DNA from: Anaerolineae bacterium
GTDB lineage: Bacteria > Chloroflexota > Anaerolineae > JAAYZQ01
Assembly (NCBI GenBank): GCA_034429215.1
Contig: DAOUGI010000126.1
Coordinates: 49,213 to 113,212 of the forward strand
Direction: 5' to 3'
Length of the DNA stretch: 64,000 nt
The notes beneath the pieces were generated by a model that saw only the letters and a program-made list of their open reading frames with translations, was not told the DNA's origin and searched no databases. Below are positions 9,162-18,600 of the stretch, piece by piece. Made by a program: the position numbers and the translations under genes. Positions within the stretch are counted from its first letter, which is position 1. Every line of letters begins with the position of its first letter.

Positions 9162-11351
9162 ATGAGAACGGGCAAGCTACTAGTCTTTGTAGTCATTGTG
9201 GCCTTGGCAATGGGCATGTGGGCGGTCATCGCCGCCGCCGCCCCCGCCGGGTCGGAGACTGACACGAGGGCGGCCATCGCCGAAAAACCGCCGCTCTCGA
9301 CCACCTCACCTGCGCGCCCGCTGGGCAAAGTAAAGCCGGCGGCGCATCCCGAGGCCGTGCTGTGGGATCAGCCGATCAGCACCAACGGCTATGGGGGCGT
9401 GTCCGGCTACAACACCAGCGGACTATTTGGCGCCTATAGTGCCGACGACTTTCAGAACGCCCTCCCATGGGCCATCGGCACCATCTTTGTCGACGGCTTT
9501 GATCAGGCCGCCAACCTGCTCCGGGCCACCTCGCTGACCTGGTACATCTACCCCGATGCTGCCGGTGTGCCGGCCGGCTACCCCGGCGATGGTTCGGGCG
9601 CCGAGATCTGGAGTCTATCCCTGCCGCCTACCGATCCGGCCGTCACCATCGGGCTGGGCGGCCACCAGGACGTCACCCTAAACGTGGCCCTGGCCACCGG
9701 CGGGCCGCTCAACCTGCCGCCCGGCTACTACTGGCTGGTCTTCTACCCCTCCCTCGACTGGGCTCCCGGCCTATACTATTGGTACTTTGCCGGCACGGCG
9801 AACCTGAGCCATCCCCAGATCATCGACCCGACCGACTACTTTGGCGCGGGCTTTACCAGTTGGACCGACTGGACCCTCATCGACCCGACCTACACCGACA
9901 TGGCCTTCCGCCTGGAGGGGGAAGTGGCATCGCCCATCGTATGGGACAAGTATATAGACAGTGAGCCGTGGACGCCGGGCATGACGATCACCCGCCAGAC
10001 CTCGGACACGATCACGGTCCAGGAGGTGCTGCACCTGTCGCCGCCGCCGCAGGCGCGCGCGGCAGAGACGGTGAGTGGCGCGCAGCCGCCGCAGCAGGTG
10101 CTGCCGGCGAGTCGGGTTGGCCAGTCGTATGCCGACGGCGTTGCCGGCGCCGGGCCGTCGCCGGCGCCCCCCCAGGCTGCCCTGACCGCGATCCCGCCGC
10201 CGCCCGGCGCCATCGTGATCAACTTTGACGATGTGGCGGCGCCCTGTAGCTTTGACCAGACAACGGCCCTCCGCGACCAATACGCCGGGCTGGGAGTGCT
10301 GTTTATGGGCCCGGCGGCGAATGACGGCGGCGGCGTCCTCGACCAGTGCGGCAACTTTGGCGTCAGCGGCCACAGCCCGCCCAACTTCCTGGCTTTCAAC
10401 GCGGGCTCGGCCTTCAGCAATGGCGGCATCCCACGGCCGCCTGAGACGATCACGTTCATCAATGGCGCCAGTTACGTCCAGGTCAACGCCGGATCCTACG
10501 GCGGTGCGGGCCAGATCGTCACGATGGAAGCGTTCGACGCCGCAGGCAGCTCCCTGGGAAGCGACAGCCTGACCCTGGCCTCCACCCTCGATACCCTCAG
10601 CATCACCGCCGACGAAATCGCCTGGGTTGTGATTAACACACCGGCGGGGGTCCTTGTACTGGACGACCTGGCCTTCTTACCCCCGACCGTGCCGACCTTT
10701 ATCCAGATCGAGACCTGGGACCCGGCCCACCTCCGCCTGCTCGACTGGGCGGCCACCGGCGGTGGAGTGATCGTCACGCCCGGACGGGTGGAGTGGACCG
10801 GCGAGATCGTCGCCCCGACGACCATCACCCTGACCAAGTGGTTTCACGTCGAGCCGTGCACCTGGACCGAGACGGTGCTGTGGGAGGAGCTGTGGCTGGA
10901 TGGGGTGGAGCTGGAGCAGCGGCCGGTGGTTGTCAACAAGCTGCCGCCGGCGCTGTGGATCGACGCCCTCTATGAGACGTCAGTGTATGCCGGCGCGCCG
11001 GCCAACTTTACCCTGACCTACGGCAACACCGGAGGGTTTGACAACGAGGTGTGGATCCGCAACGACTTTCCACCGGTTGCGCCGTTCGCCGGCTCGGTCC
11101 CGCCGCCGACCAACGTCGATCCCGGCGGCCTGTGGGCCGAGTGGAACCTCGGCGGCCTGCCACAGGGCGCGGCGGGCAACATCGACGTGACGGTGATGGT
11201 CCAGCCCGGCCTGCCGCCGTCGACCACCATCGAGATCTGGGACGGGATCTTGGACCACACCGGCGAGCTGCGCGACTGGGTGCTGATCATCTTCCACGTC
11301 CCCCACCGGACCCATCTGCCGCTGGTGTTCAAGGGTTACGGGCACCCGTAA
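9162..11351 (+). CDS. Secreted protein of unknown function with C-terminal DUF11-like domain
   Basis: The ATG at 9162 is preceded by AAAGGAG. Signal peptide MRTGKLLVFVVIVALAMGMWAVIAAAAPA. DUF11-like stretch ANFTLTYGNTGG...NIDVTVMV. C-terminal tail HRTHLPLVFKGYGHP. The ORF-track start at 9072 is unlikely. Confidence 0.7.
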   Translation: MRTGKLLVFVVIVALAMGMWAVIAAAAPAGSETDTRAAIAEKPPLSTTSPARPLGKVKPAAHPEAVLWDQPISTNGYGGVSGYNTSGLFGAYSADDFQNALPWAIGTIFVDGFDQAANLLRATSLTWYIYPDAAGVPAGYPGDGSGAEIWSLSLPPTDPAVTIGLGGHQDVTLNVALATGGPLNLPPGYYWLVFYPSLDWAPGLYYWYFAGTANLSHPQIIDPTDYFGAGFTSWTDWTLIDPTYTDMAFRLEGEVASPIVWDKYIDSEPWTPGMTITRQTSDTITVQEVLHLSPPPQARAAETVSGAQPPQQVLPASRVGQSYADGVAGAGPSPAPPQAALTAIPPPPGAIVINFDDVAAPCSFDQTTALRDQYAGLGVLFMGPAANDGGGVLDQCGNFGVSGHSPPNFLAFNAGSAFSNGGIPRPPETITFINGASYVQVNAGSYGGAGQIVTMEAFDAAGSSLGSDSLTLASTLDTLSITADEIAWVVINTPAGVLVLDDLAFLPPTVPTFIQIETWDPAHLRLLDWAATGGGVIVTPGRVEWTGEIVAPTTITLTKWFHVEPCTWTETVLWEELWLDGVELEQRPVVVNKLPPALWIDALYETSVYAGAPANFTLTYGNTGGFDNEVWIRNDFPPVAPFAGSVPPPTNVDPGGLWAEWNLGGLPQGAAGNIDVTVMVQPGLPPSTTIEIWDGILDHTGELRDWVLIIFHVPHRTHLPLVFKGYGHP

Positions 11352-11395
11352 ACTGAACCTGCATCAGGTGCAACGCACCGGCGCAGAAATAAAAC

Positions 11396-11425
11396 GAGGG
11401 CCAGTGGGATACCCCGCTAGCCCTC
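11396..11425 (+). terminator. GC-rich hairpin, homologous to the one at 8791-8820
   Basis: GAGGGCCAGTGGG-atac-CCCGCTAGCCCTC. It has the same loop and the same flanks (AACGAGGGCC...GCCCTC.A..TTGCCGG) as the first copy. Confidence 0.5.
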
Positions 11426-11483
11426 AAGTTTGCCGGCGCACGTCCGGCAGAAGCATCCGGCACACGGCCGGCGGCTAGACCCC

Positions 11484-11696
11484 TCAAAAGCCGTCAAAGC
11501 CGACGGTGACCCGGTCGCCGTCGACGATGGTGGGGACAGAGCGGCGGCCGCCGTTGAGCTCCAGCATGCGCCGGAGCGCGGCGGGGTCGTCCTTGGCGTT
11601 GTGCTCGACGTAGCGGACGCCCCGGCGCTCAAAGTCGGCTTTGGCTGCGGCGCAGTGAGGGCAGCCTGGCTTGGTATAGATCTGAATGTCGGACAT
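11484..11696 (-). CDS. Glutaredoxin/NrdH-like small redox protein
   Basis: MSDIQIYTKPGCPHCAAAK with a CPHC active site, and ...RSVPTIVDG in a thioredoxin fold. The ATG at 11696 is preceded by GGAGGAGAG. Confidence 0.85.
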   Translation of the reverse strand: MSDIQIYTKPGCPHCAAAKADFERRGVRYVEHNAKDDPAALRRMLELNGGRRSVPTIVDGDRVTVGFDGF

Positions 11697-11713
11697 GGTC
11701 AACTCTCCTCCCG

Positions 11714-12535
11714 TTACAGTTTTTCCGCGGTGATGGTAAACAAAGTCTTGCGGGGCCGGTGATGCCGGCCCCACTCGATCTGCTGCAGGCAGATCTCGAC
11801 GTCAAATGGGTCGTGGTTCGTCTCGTGCTCGTACAGGACGAGGTCCTCGTACAGGATCTCGGCGTCCTCCAGCTCGCGGCAGTCCAGCACACGCAGCAGG
11901 CCCGACCGGTCGAACAGGTCGCGCCACCAGCCGGGCGTGTGCTGCTTCTTGAAATCGTCCTCGAAAACGTCCACGCCGTCGTCCGGCGGCGGAAGGTGAA
12001 AGCTGTAGACGTAGGGCGGGTTGGCCAGTTGCTCCGGAGTGAACTCGTCGCTCAGGACCTCGGAGCCGATGCAGAGCCGGCCGCCGGGCCGGAGGTGAGG
12101 GAGGAGGTGGCGCAGGAACTCGACCGAGCCGCCGTAGAAACTGAACGAGTTCATGGAAAAGATGGCGTCGAAATAGTCGTCGGCAAAGGGCAGGACGCCG
12201 GTGATGTCGAGGTGGAGGGGAGTGATGCGGTCGCGGTAGCCCCTGGCGGTGAATTTTGCATTCAGGAAGGTGGCCGAGGTCCACAGGTCGACGGCGACGA
12301 CCCGGACGCCAAAATGGCGGGCCAGGAAGATGGAGGTCTCGCCACCCCCGCAGCCCAGGTCGAGCACGACGTTGCCGGGCGTGAGGCGCATCGTCCCGAC
12401 CATCCGGGCGGCCAGGTAGAGCGCGCCGGGGCCAAAGCAGTCGCGGTAGATCTCGTCGCGGGAGTAACCGTCCAACTCCGGATAGCCGGCCCGGTCCGGC
12501 GAGCGAAAGGTTGCTTTTGCCTGTTCGATGTCCAT
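11714..12535 (-). CDS. Class I SAM-dependent methyltransferase
   Basis: Motif I VVLDLGCGGGETSIFLA and a post-I acidic residue (VVAVD). Confidence 0.8.
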   Translation of the reverse strand: MDIEQAKATFRSPDRAGYPELDGYSRDEIYRDCFGPGALYLAARMVGTMRLTPGNVVLDLGCGGGETSIFLARHFGVRVVAVDLWTSATFLNAKFTARGYRDRITPLHLDITGVLPFADDYFDAIFSMNSFSFYGGSVEFLRHLLPHLRPGGRLCIGSEVLSDEFTPEQLANPPYVYSFHLPPPDDGVDVFEDDFKKQHTPGWWRDLFDRSGLLRVLDCRELEDAEILYEDLVLYEHETNHDPFDVEICLQQIEWGRHHRPRKTLFTITAEKL

Positions 12536-12577
12536 AGGTCATGCTCCACTGAGATTATACTTTACTTCGCGACATCG

Positions 12578-12653
12578 TGCAAAACGCACCCCCAATCCCT
12601 GGGAGTGCGTTTCACATGTCCGGTCCCCGACCTGCGATGTTTCTCGAAACATC
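12578..12653 (-). terminator. Two hairpins downstream of the alpha-2-macroglobulin gene; the distal one has a T-run
   Basis: GATGTTT-ctcg-AAACATC at 12636-12653. AAACGCAC...GTGCGTTT at 12582-12612, which on the minus strand is followed by TTTTG. Confidence 0.55.
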
Positions 12654-12666
12654 ACAGGTCGTTTGC

Positions 12667-15600
12667 TTATTCCACGATCACGCGGTCACTGCCGCTCCGG
12701 CCAAAGACCTCGGGCGAGTACATCTCCTCGGCCTTGGCCGGGGGCACGACAAAGGTTCCCGGCGTGGTGGCCCGGGCGATGTAGGTATAGTCGTACACGC
12801 CCTCCCACAGCAGCGCGGCAAAGGCCTCGGCGCGCTCGTCGCGCATGTTCTGGTGCTCGTACCAGGTGCCCCACCACCACCAGCCATAGCGATAATCGGG
12901 CGAGCTGGGGTCCTGCGGGACGTCGCCCGACACGGCCAGGGCCGGGTTGACGATCTCTAGCCCGGCGGGCAGCGGATCGACCAGGGCCACGTGGTAGCGG
13001 CGGTTGTCGGCCACCATTTTCAGCCGGACGCGCACCCTCGCCCCGGCCTTGATGTGCCACACACCCTGCTCGTCGCGGGTCACGTCGGCCGGGTCGTCCA
13101 CCGCCTCGTAGCTGCGCTGGACCACAAAGCCCATATCCACCGGGTCGAGGGTCAGGTCGGTGGGCGCGTAGCGCAGCCCCAGCCGGTAGTAGAGCCGCCC
13201 GGGCCCCTCCTTGCTGACGATCAGGTCCTGCGCCGACCCCAGCGAGGCCAGGTAGGACATGGGGACGCCGGATTCGTGCCGCTCGGTGGTCCGGCCCTGG
13301 TAGGCGTGCTCGCCGACGTAGGTATCGCCCAGCCAGATGCGGGCCACAAAGTCGGGCGTCTGGGATTCAAAGGTGTCAAAGTAGCGGTCGAGCGCCAGCA
13401 GGACAAAGACATTCTCCTGGGTGTTGTCCCAGCGGCCCTGCTTGCGGTGGGCCAGCAGGCCGTTGACCACTTTGGGGATCAGGTCGCTGTCCGGCTCGGC
13501 GGCGATCAGCGCATCCAGAATGATGGCGTCGGTGCGCCGGTCCGAGCGGAGCAGGAGGTAAGCATGGTCGCTGTAGGCCGTGGTGAAATTGGCCGCGCCG
13601 GCCGTCTCTACAGCCCGGTTGGCGATGTGGCGGGCGATGGCCTCCACCTCGGCAGCAGAGCCGGAATCGTCGAGCATCACCTGCCACAACCAGGCCGCCG
13701 CGTCAAGTGACAGCTTTTCCAGGCCGGCTGTGTTCAGCAGCTTCTTGGCCTTGGCCGCGTCGCCGTCGCCCATGAGGTGGCGTACATACAGCGCGTAAGC
13801 GCTGACCGTGTGGCGCGTGTCCTCGCCATACCAGGAGGGGTAATAGCCCTCGATCTGCCTCAAGTAGTCGAGGACGCGCGAGCGCATATCGGCCGGCACG
13901 GCAAAATCCATGCTCTCCGCCCGCTGCAGGGCGTGCGCCACGTGGACGGTGTTGAACGGGATCGACTCGCGGCGGCGGCTCCAGTAGGGGAACCCGCCAT
14001 CGTCGTTTTGCAGCACCTGGAGCCGCTCGATATCTCGCTTGACGGCGCTCTCCATCTCTTCCGGCGCGGGCAGCCCTTCCGCCGAAAAGGCCTGGAGCAC
14101 GTCGCGCAGGGCCGATATGGCCAGGATGCGCGATGCCAACTGCTCGGAACACTCGAAGCGGTAGGAGGTCAGGTAAAGGACGGCGTCGGTCAGCGCCTGG
14201 AGCGCGGTAGAGGAGGTGCTGATCTCCAGGCCGCCGAACTGGGTAAAGACATCATCGCCTACCGCGGCCAGCGGCTGGGCAATGGCCCCTTCGTCGACCA
14301 CGCCGTAGGTGGCAAACGCCTCGGTGGTGGCCGGGGTATAGACCGGCAGCTCCACCGTCGCGGCATCGGCAAACGACCCCGACACGGCGGCTACCTGGAA
14401 GCGGGCGGTGCCGGCCTGGATCGTGATTGCCGGGAAGCGGACCTCGACGCGGTCGCGGGCAGGAACGGTCACCCGCCGGCCCGCGCCGGCGGTCAGCTCC
14501 AGGTTGGTCGCCTGAAGCGCTACGTCGACGGTCAGTGGCTCGTCGGTCTGGTTCTGGACCACCACCGGCAGCTCGAGCTGATCGCCAAAGTTGAGAAAGC
14601 GCGGCGCCGAGGGCCTCACCATCAGCGGCAGCCTGGCGGTGAGGTTAGCCTCCCCCGAGCCAAAGTGGCTGCCGCCGGCGACGGCCACGACCATCACCCG
14701 GTAGCGGGTGAGGTTGTCGGGCAGCGTCACCTCCACCTGAGCCGCGCCGTTGGCATCGGTGCGCACTTTGGGGGCAAAGGTGGCCAGCGGGTTGAAATCG
14801 GTCCGCACCCGGATCGGCTTGGCCTCAGCAGCATCCTCCATCTCTTTCGCGGCGGAAGGGGCCGAAGTTGGTGCGGCCATCTGAAGCACCACGCTCTCCT
14901 CAACCGCCATAGTATCCGCCGCCCCAAGTAGGGCGACTTCGCGGTCCTGCGAGGCCAGGGCCTCGGGATTGGCCAAGATGATGCTGTCTCGGCCGTAACG
15001 GCTTTCCAGGTCGGCCGGACGCTCGGCGTAAAAGACGGCCAGGGGGTCGGCAAGCTGATAGCCGGTCAGGGCCAGGATCGCCTCGTCGACCACGACCACC
15101 GCCAGCTCCGCATCGGCCACCGGCCGGCCGTCGGGGCCGGTCAGCAGCAGGTCCAGCGTCGTCTGGCCGCCTGGCTCCAGCTCCTTTTCGCGCGGCGTCA
15201 CCTGGAGCTTTAGGGTGCGCTGCAGCGGCGGGATGCTCAGGCTGAGCTCGCCCCGCGCGTACGCCGGGCGGGGAGGCGCGCCCTCCACCGCCTCGCCCTG
15301 ATCGTCGGTGCGCGCTGCGGCGCCCACCAGGTCCACCTGGAGGTGGAGGTTGGGGATGTGCTTGTCTTCGATAGGCACGCTCAGAGTGACGGTGCCGTCT
15401 TCAACCCGGAAGCGCTCGGTGTACAGGATGCCGCTGCGGCTCACGGTCAGCAGCCCTTCGGCCGGGCTAAAGGGCGATTGGACCAGGACCTGGGCCACAT
15501 CGCCCGGCTGGTAGCTCTCCTTGTCGGGGATGAGGGTGACCTGTTCCTGCTCTACCTTGCGCGAGACCGGCTGCTGCCCGCCGCTCACCCAGCGGGTGAA

Positions 15601-18600
15601 CTGGCTCTGATTCTTGCGGCCCGACGAGTCGGTAACGGTGGCGGTGATCTGGTATTGGCCGCCCATCTCTGTTTTGAAAGTGCACGACACCGGCTCGGAG
15701 CCAGAGCCCACACTGCACTCCTGGACGTCGACCGCTTCCTGCTGCCAGGTGCCGCGCACGCTCCGCCACTCCATGCGGGCCGCCTGAACCTGGACCGGAC
15801 GGTCGGGCACGGGCGCGCCGTCCAGATCGGTTACGATGATGTCAATATCGAGCGGCTCACCACGCTGGACAAAGGTGCGGTCGCAGCGCAGCCCAACGTA
15901 CAGGTCGGCAGGGTGGACCAGCAGCGTCGTTGCCGCCGCCCACGCCTGGCGATTGACGTCCATGACGGTCGCCTCGGCCCGGATGCTCATCGGCTGGGGC
16001 TCGCCCTCCTGCTCGAAATCGAGCTGGAGAAAGTGGGTGCCCGAGGCATCGGTCACGCCCGAGAAGGTCTCTACCTTTGTCTCACCGCGATAAGGCGGGT
16101 AGTACCAATCCCGGTACCACCAAGGTTGCCAGCGGCCAAAGATGAAATCAGGCCAGTTTGGCGGCGAGTAGCTGCCGGGCGACGAGCTGACCTGCCAGGT
16201 TACCTCCGCGTTCGGTAGGGGACCGCCGGCATAGTAGGCAGCCTCGACTGCCACCGTGGCCGAGCCGCCAGAAGCGTGCGACACAGGGCCGCCGGCAAAG
16301 TAGGGGCCGGGGGTCTCGTTGCGGGCGGTGACTTCGAACTCGGGACGGCGGAACTCTTGGATCTGGAAGCTATGGCCATACTGCCAGCTGGTAGCCAGGT
16401 CGCCCAGGCTGCCCTGGGCGGTGAGCTCGATGGTGGCATAGCCCAGGTTGGCGTTGTTGGGCAGGGTAAAGGCCAGGTCAAAGCCGCCCAAGGCATTGGC
16501 CTCGGCCTGCCCGGTAGCCATTTCGTTGCCTTGGGAGCTGATGACCCGGTAGCTCACCGATTCGACCGGCACCAGGCCGACATCGCCGTCCTGCCGGCTG
16601 CCGACACGCCGCAGCCAACCCTTGACGTGCACCTCTTCACCCGGCCGGTAGATGCCGCGGTCGTCGAACACGTACCAGCGCAGCTCGTCTGACGCCGGCC
16701 TGGATTCCCAGGCCTCGTCGCTCCAGGCATAGGGCGACCGGGGCAGGATGGCCGTGTCGCTGCCCTTTTTCGCCACCAGCAGAACCGCGTTCCGCCCAGA
16801 CAGGTCCAGGCGGGCCGTGCCGTCCTCGCCGGTGACCGCCGCCCCACCGAAAGAGCCAACGCCTCCGCTCCGGTTCTGCCCCTCGATCGTCACGCCGGAC
16901 AGCGGGGCGCCATTCTGGAGGACGGTAGCCCACACCATCATCTGGCCGTGGTCGGCAAAGGCGTCAAGCCCGATGCGGGTTGCCTGCACCCAGACCTGGA
17001 CGGGTTGCCAGTAGCGGTCGCGATCGGGCAGCGGATCTGGCTCGACAATGACGATCAGATGTCCCAAACCGCCCTCCAGGGCCGAGCTCAGGTCGATGCT
17101 CACTTCGGTCAGTGCGTCGGTCGCTGCTTCCAGCGGCATGATCTTGTCGATCGCCGGCCGGCCAAGCGGCTCCGCCTGATAGCCCTGCCGGTAATAGTTC
17201 TCCAGGTAGGTCCTGAAACTGGGCCAGTCGGAAGGCTGCACCTGGTAGGCCCTCACCCTCAGATGTGTATAATTGATGGTATACACCGTCAGCACCGGCG
17301 TCTTGGAGGCCGGGTCCAGCGTGACAAAAGACTCTTCCGGGCCATAGAGAGCCGGCTCGGCCGAGCCGATCTTGAAGGTCAAGCTGGCATCTTGGCCCAG
17401 CGTCTGCCCAAAGATATCCTGCAGCGAGCCGCTGACCACAGCAGTGTAGGTGGTGAGACCCGTGGTGGCCCCATGGATCGTGATGGTGTTGCCAGAGACG
17501 TCGACCGTGGCGCCCGCGAGCGCCAGCTCGATGCGCAGCATCTTATCCTGGTAGACATCGGCGTCGAGCGGGTTGTTGAATTCGATGAACAGGGGAGCGA
17601 GCGGGCGGCAGTCATCCTGGTACCACGAGCAGCCGTGGCGCACGATGCGCAGCGGCGCGTAGGTGCTAAAGCCGTAGCTCTGCGCCTCCGTGCTGACCAG
17701 AGGTCCCTCGGCGGAGGGCGTGCCGGGGCCGACCATGACCGACACGGCGGCATCGGCCGGCAGGGGCTGTTCGGCCACAAAGGCCAGCCAGCGGCTCTCC
17801 TCGGCGCCATCGGCCGCGCGGCCGGCATCCTTGTCGGCAGCGAGATCGTCGGCCGTCGCCAGTCTGACCGGCGCCGGGCTACCACCGGCCGTCACCGCAA
17901 TCGTCTTGAGCACGGCCGCCGGATCGATCCGCTGATCAAAGACGACCAGGAACACCGGGCTCAGCGGCTGCGGGCTGCCGGAGGGTGGGTAGGAGGCGAT
18001 CATGCGCGGCGGAGGCGTGCTAAAGGTCCAGCGCACCTCCTCGGCCAGGACGCCGCCCGTAGCCGACCTGGTGCCGGCCGGGACGGTCGCCACATACTCG
18101 GTGGCCATCGGCAGGCGGTCGATCTGGGTCGAGTCGTATTCAAAGCTCAAGGTCTTGGTGCCGAGCCACTTCCAGGTGCCGGGCAGCGACGGTTCTAGCC
18201 GCACCGGCACGTCGGCGGCCGCGAGCGCCTCGAGGGTCGCCAGGGGCGCCATGGGCTGGTCAAAGGTGACGTTCAGGAACGGGGCCAGCGCGATCTGGCC
18301 CTCAGGGGCATAGCGCAGCACGTGCAGCGGGCCGGCGGCCGGGGGTTCGGGGACGACCACCGCCGCCGGTGGGGGAAAATCCTCCTCCACGGTCTGGCCG
18401 GGCCGGGGCGGCGGAGGAGAATCGGGCGGCAAGTGCAGCTCCATCTGCTCTCCGGGCTCGGCGGTCAGCTCGGGCAAACGGGCCAGGATGGCGGCGATTT
18501 CATCGTCCGACAAGGGCTCACCCTGAACCGGCGGCAGCGACTCAATAGCCTGCTGCCCCGCCTGGCCCTCGCTCAGCCGGATGAGGAGCTGCTCGCCGCC

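Noticed and set aside
5342-11351. The LP-h-h-x-K tails as classical sortase (LPXTG/LAXTG) sorting signals for the sortase at 20-838
   Set aside because: The tails have no Gly at the fifth position, no following hydrophobic helix and no basic tail. The motif sits within a few residues of the stop codon. Any link to the sortase is therefore kept only as an untested possibility.
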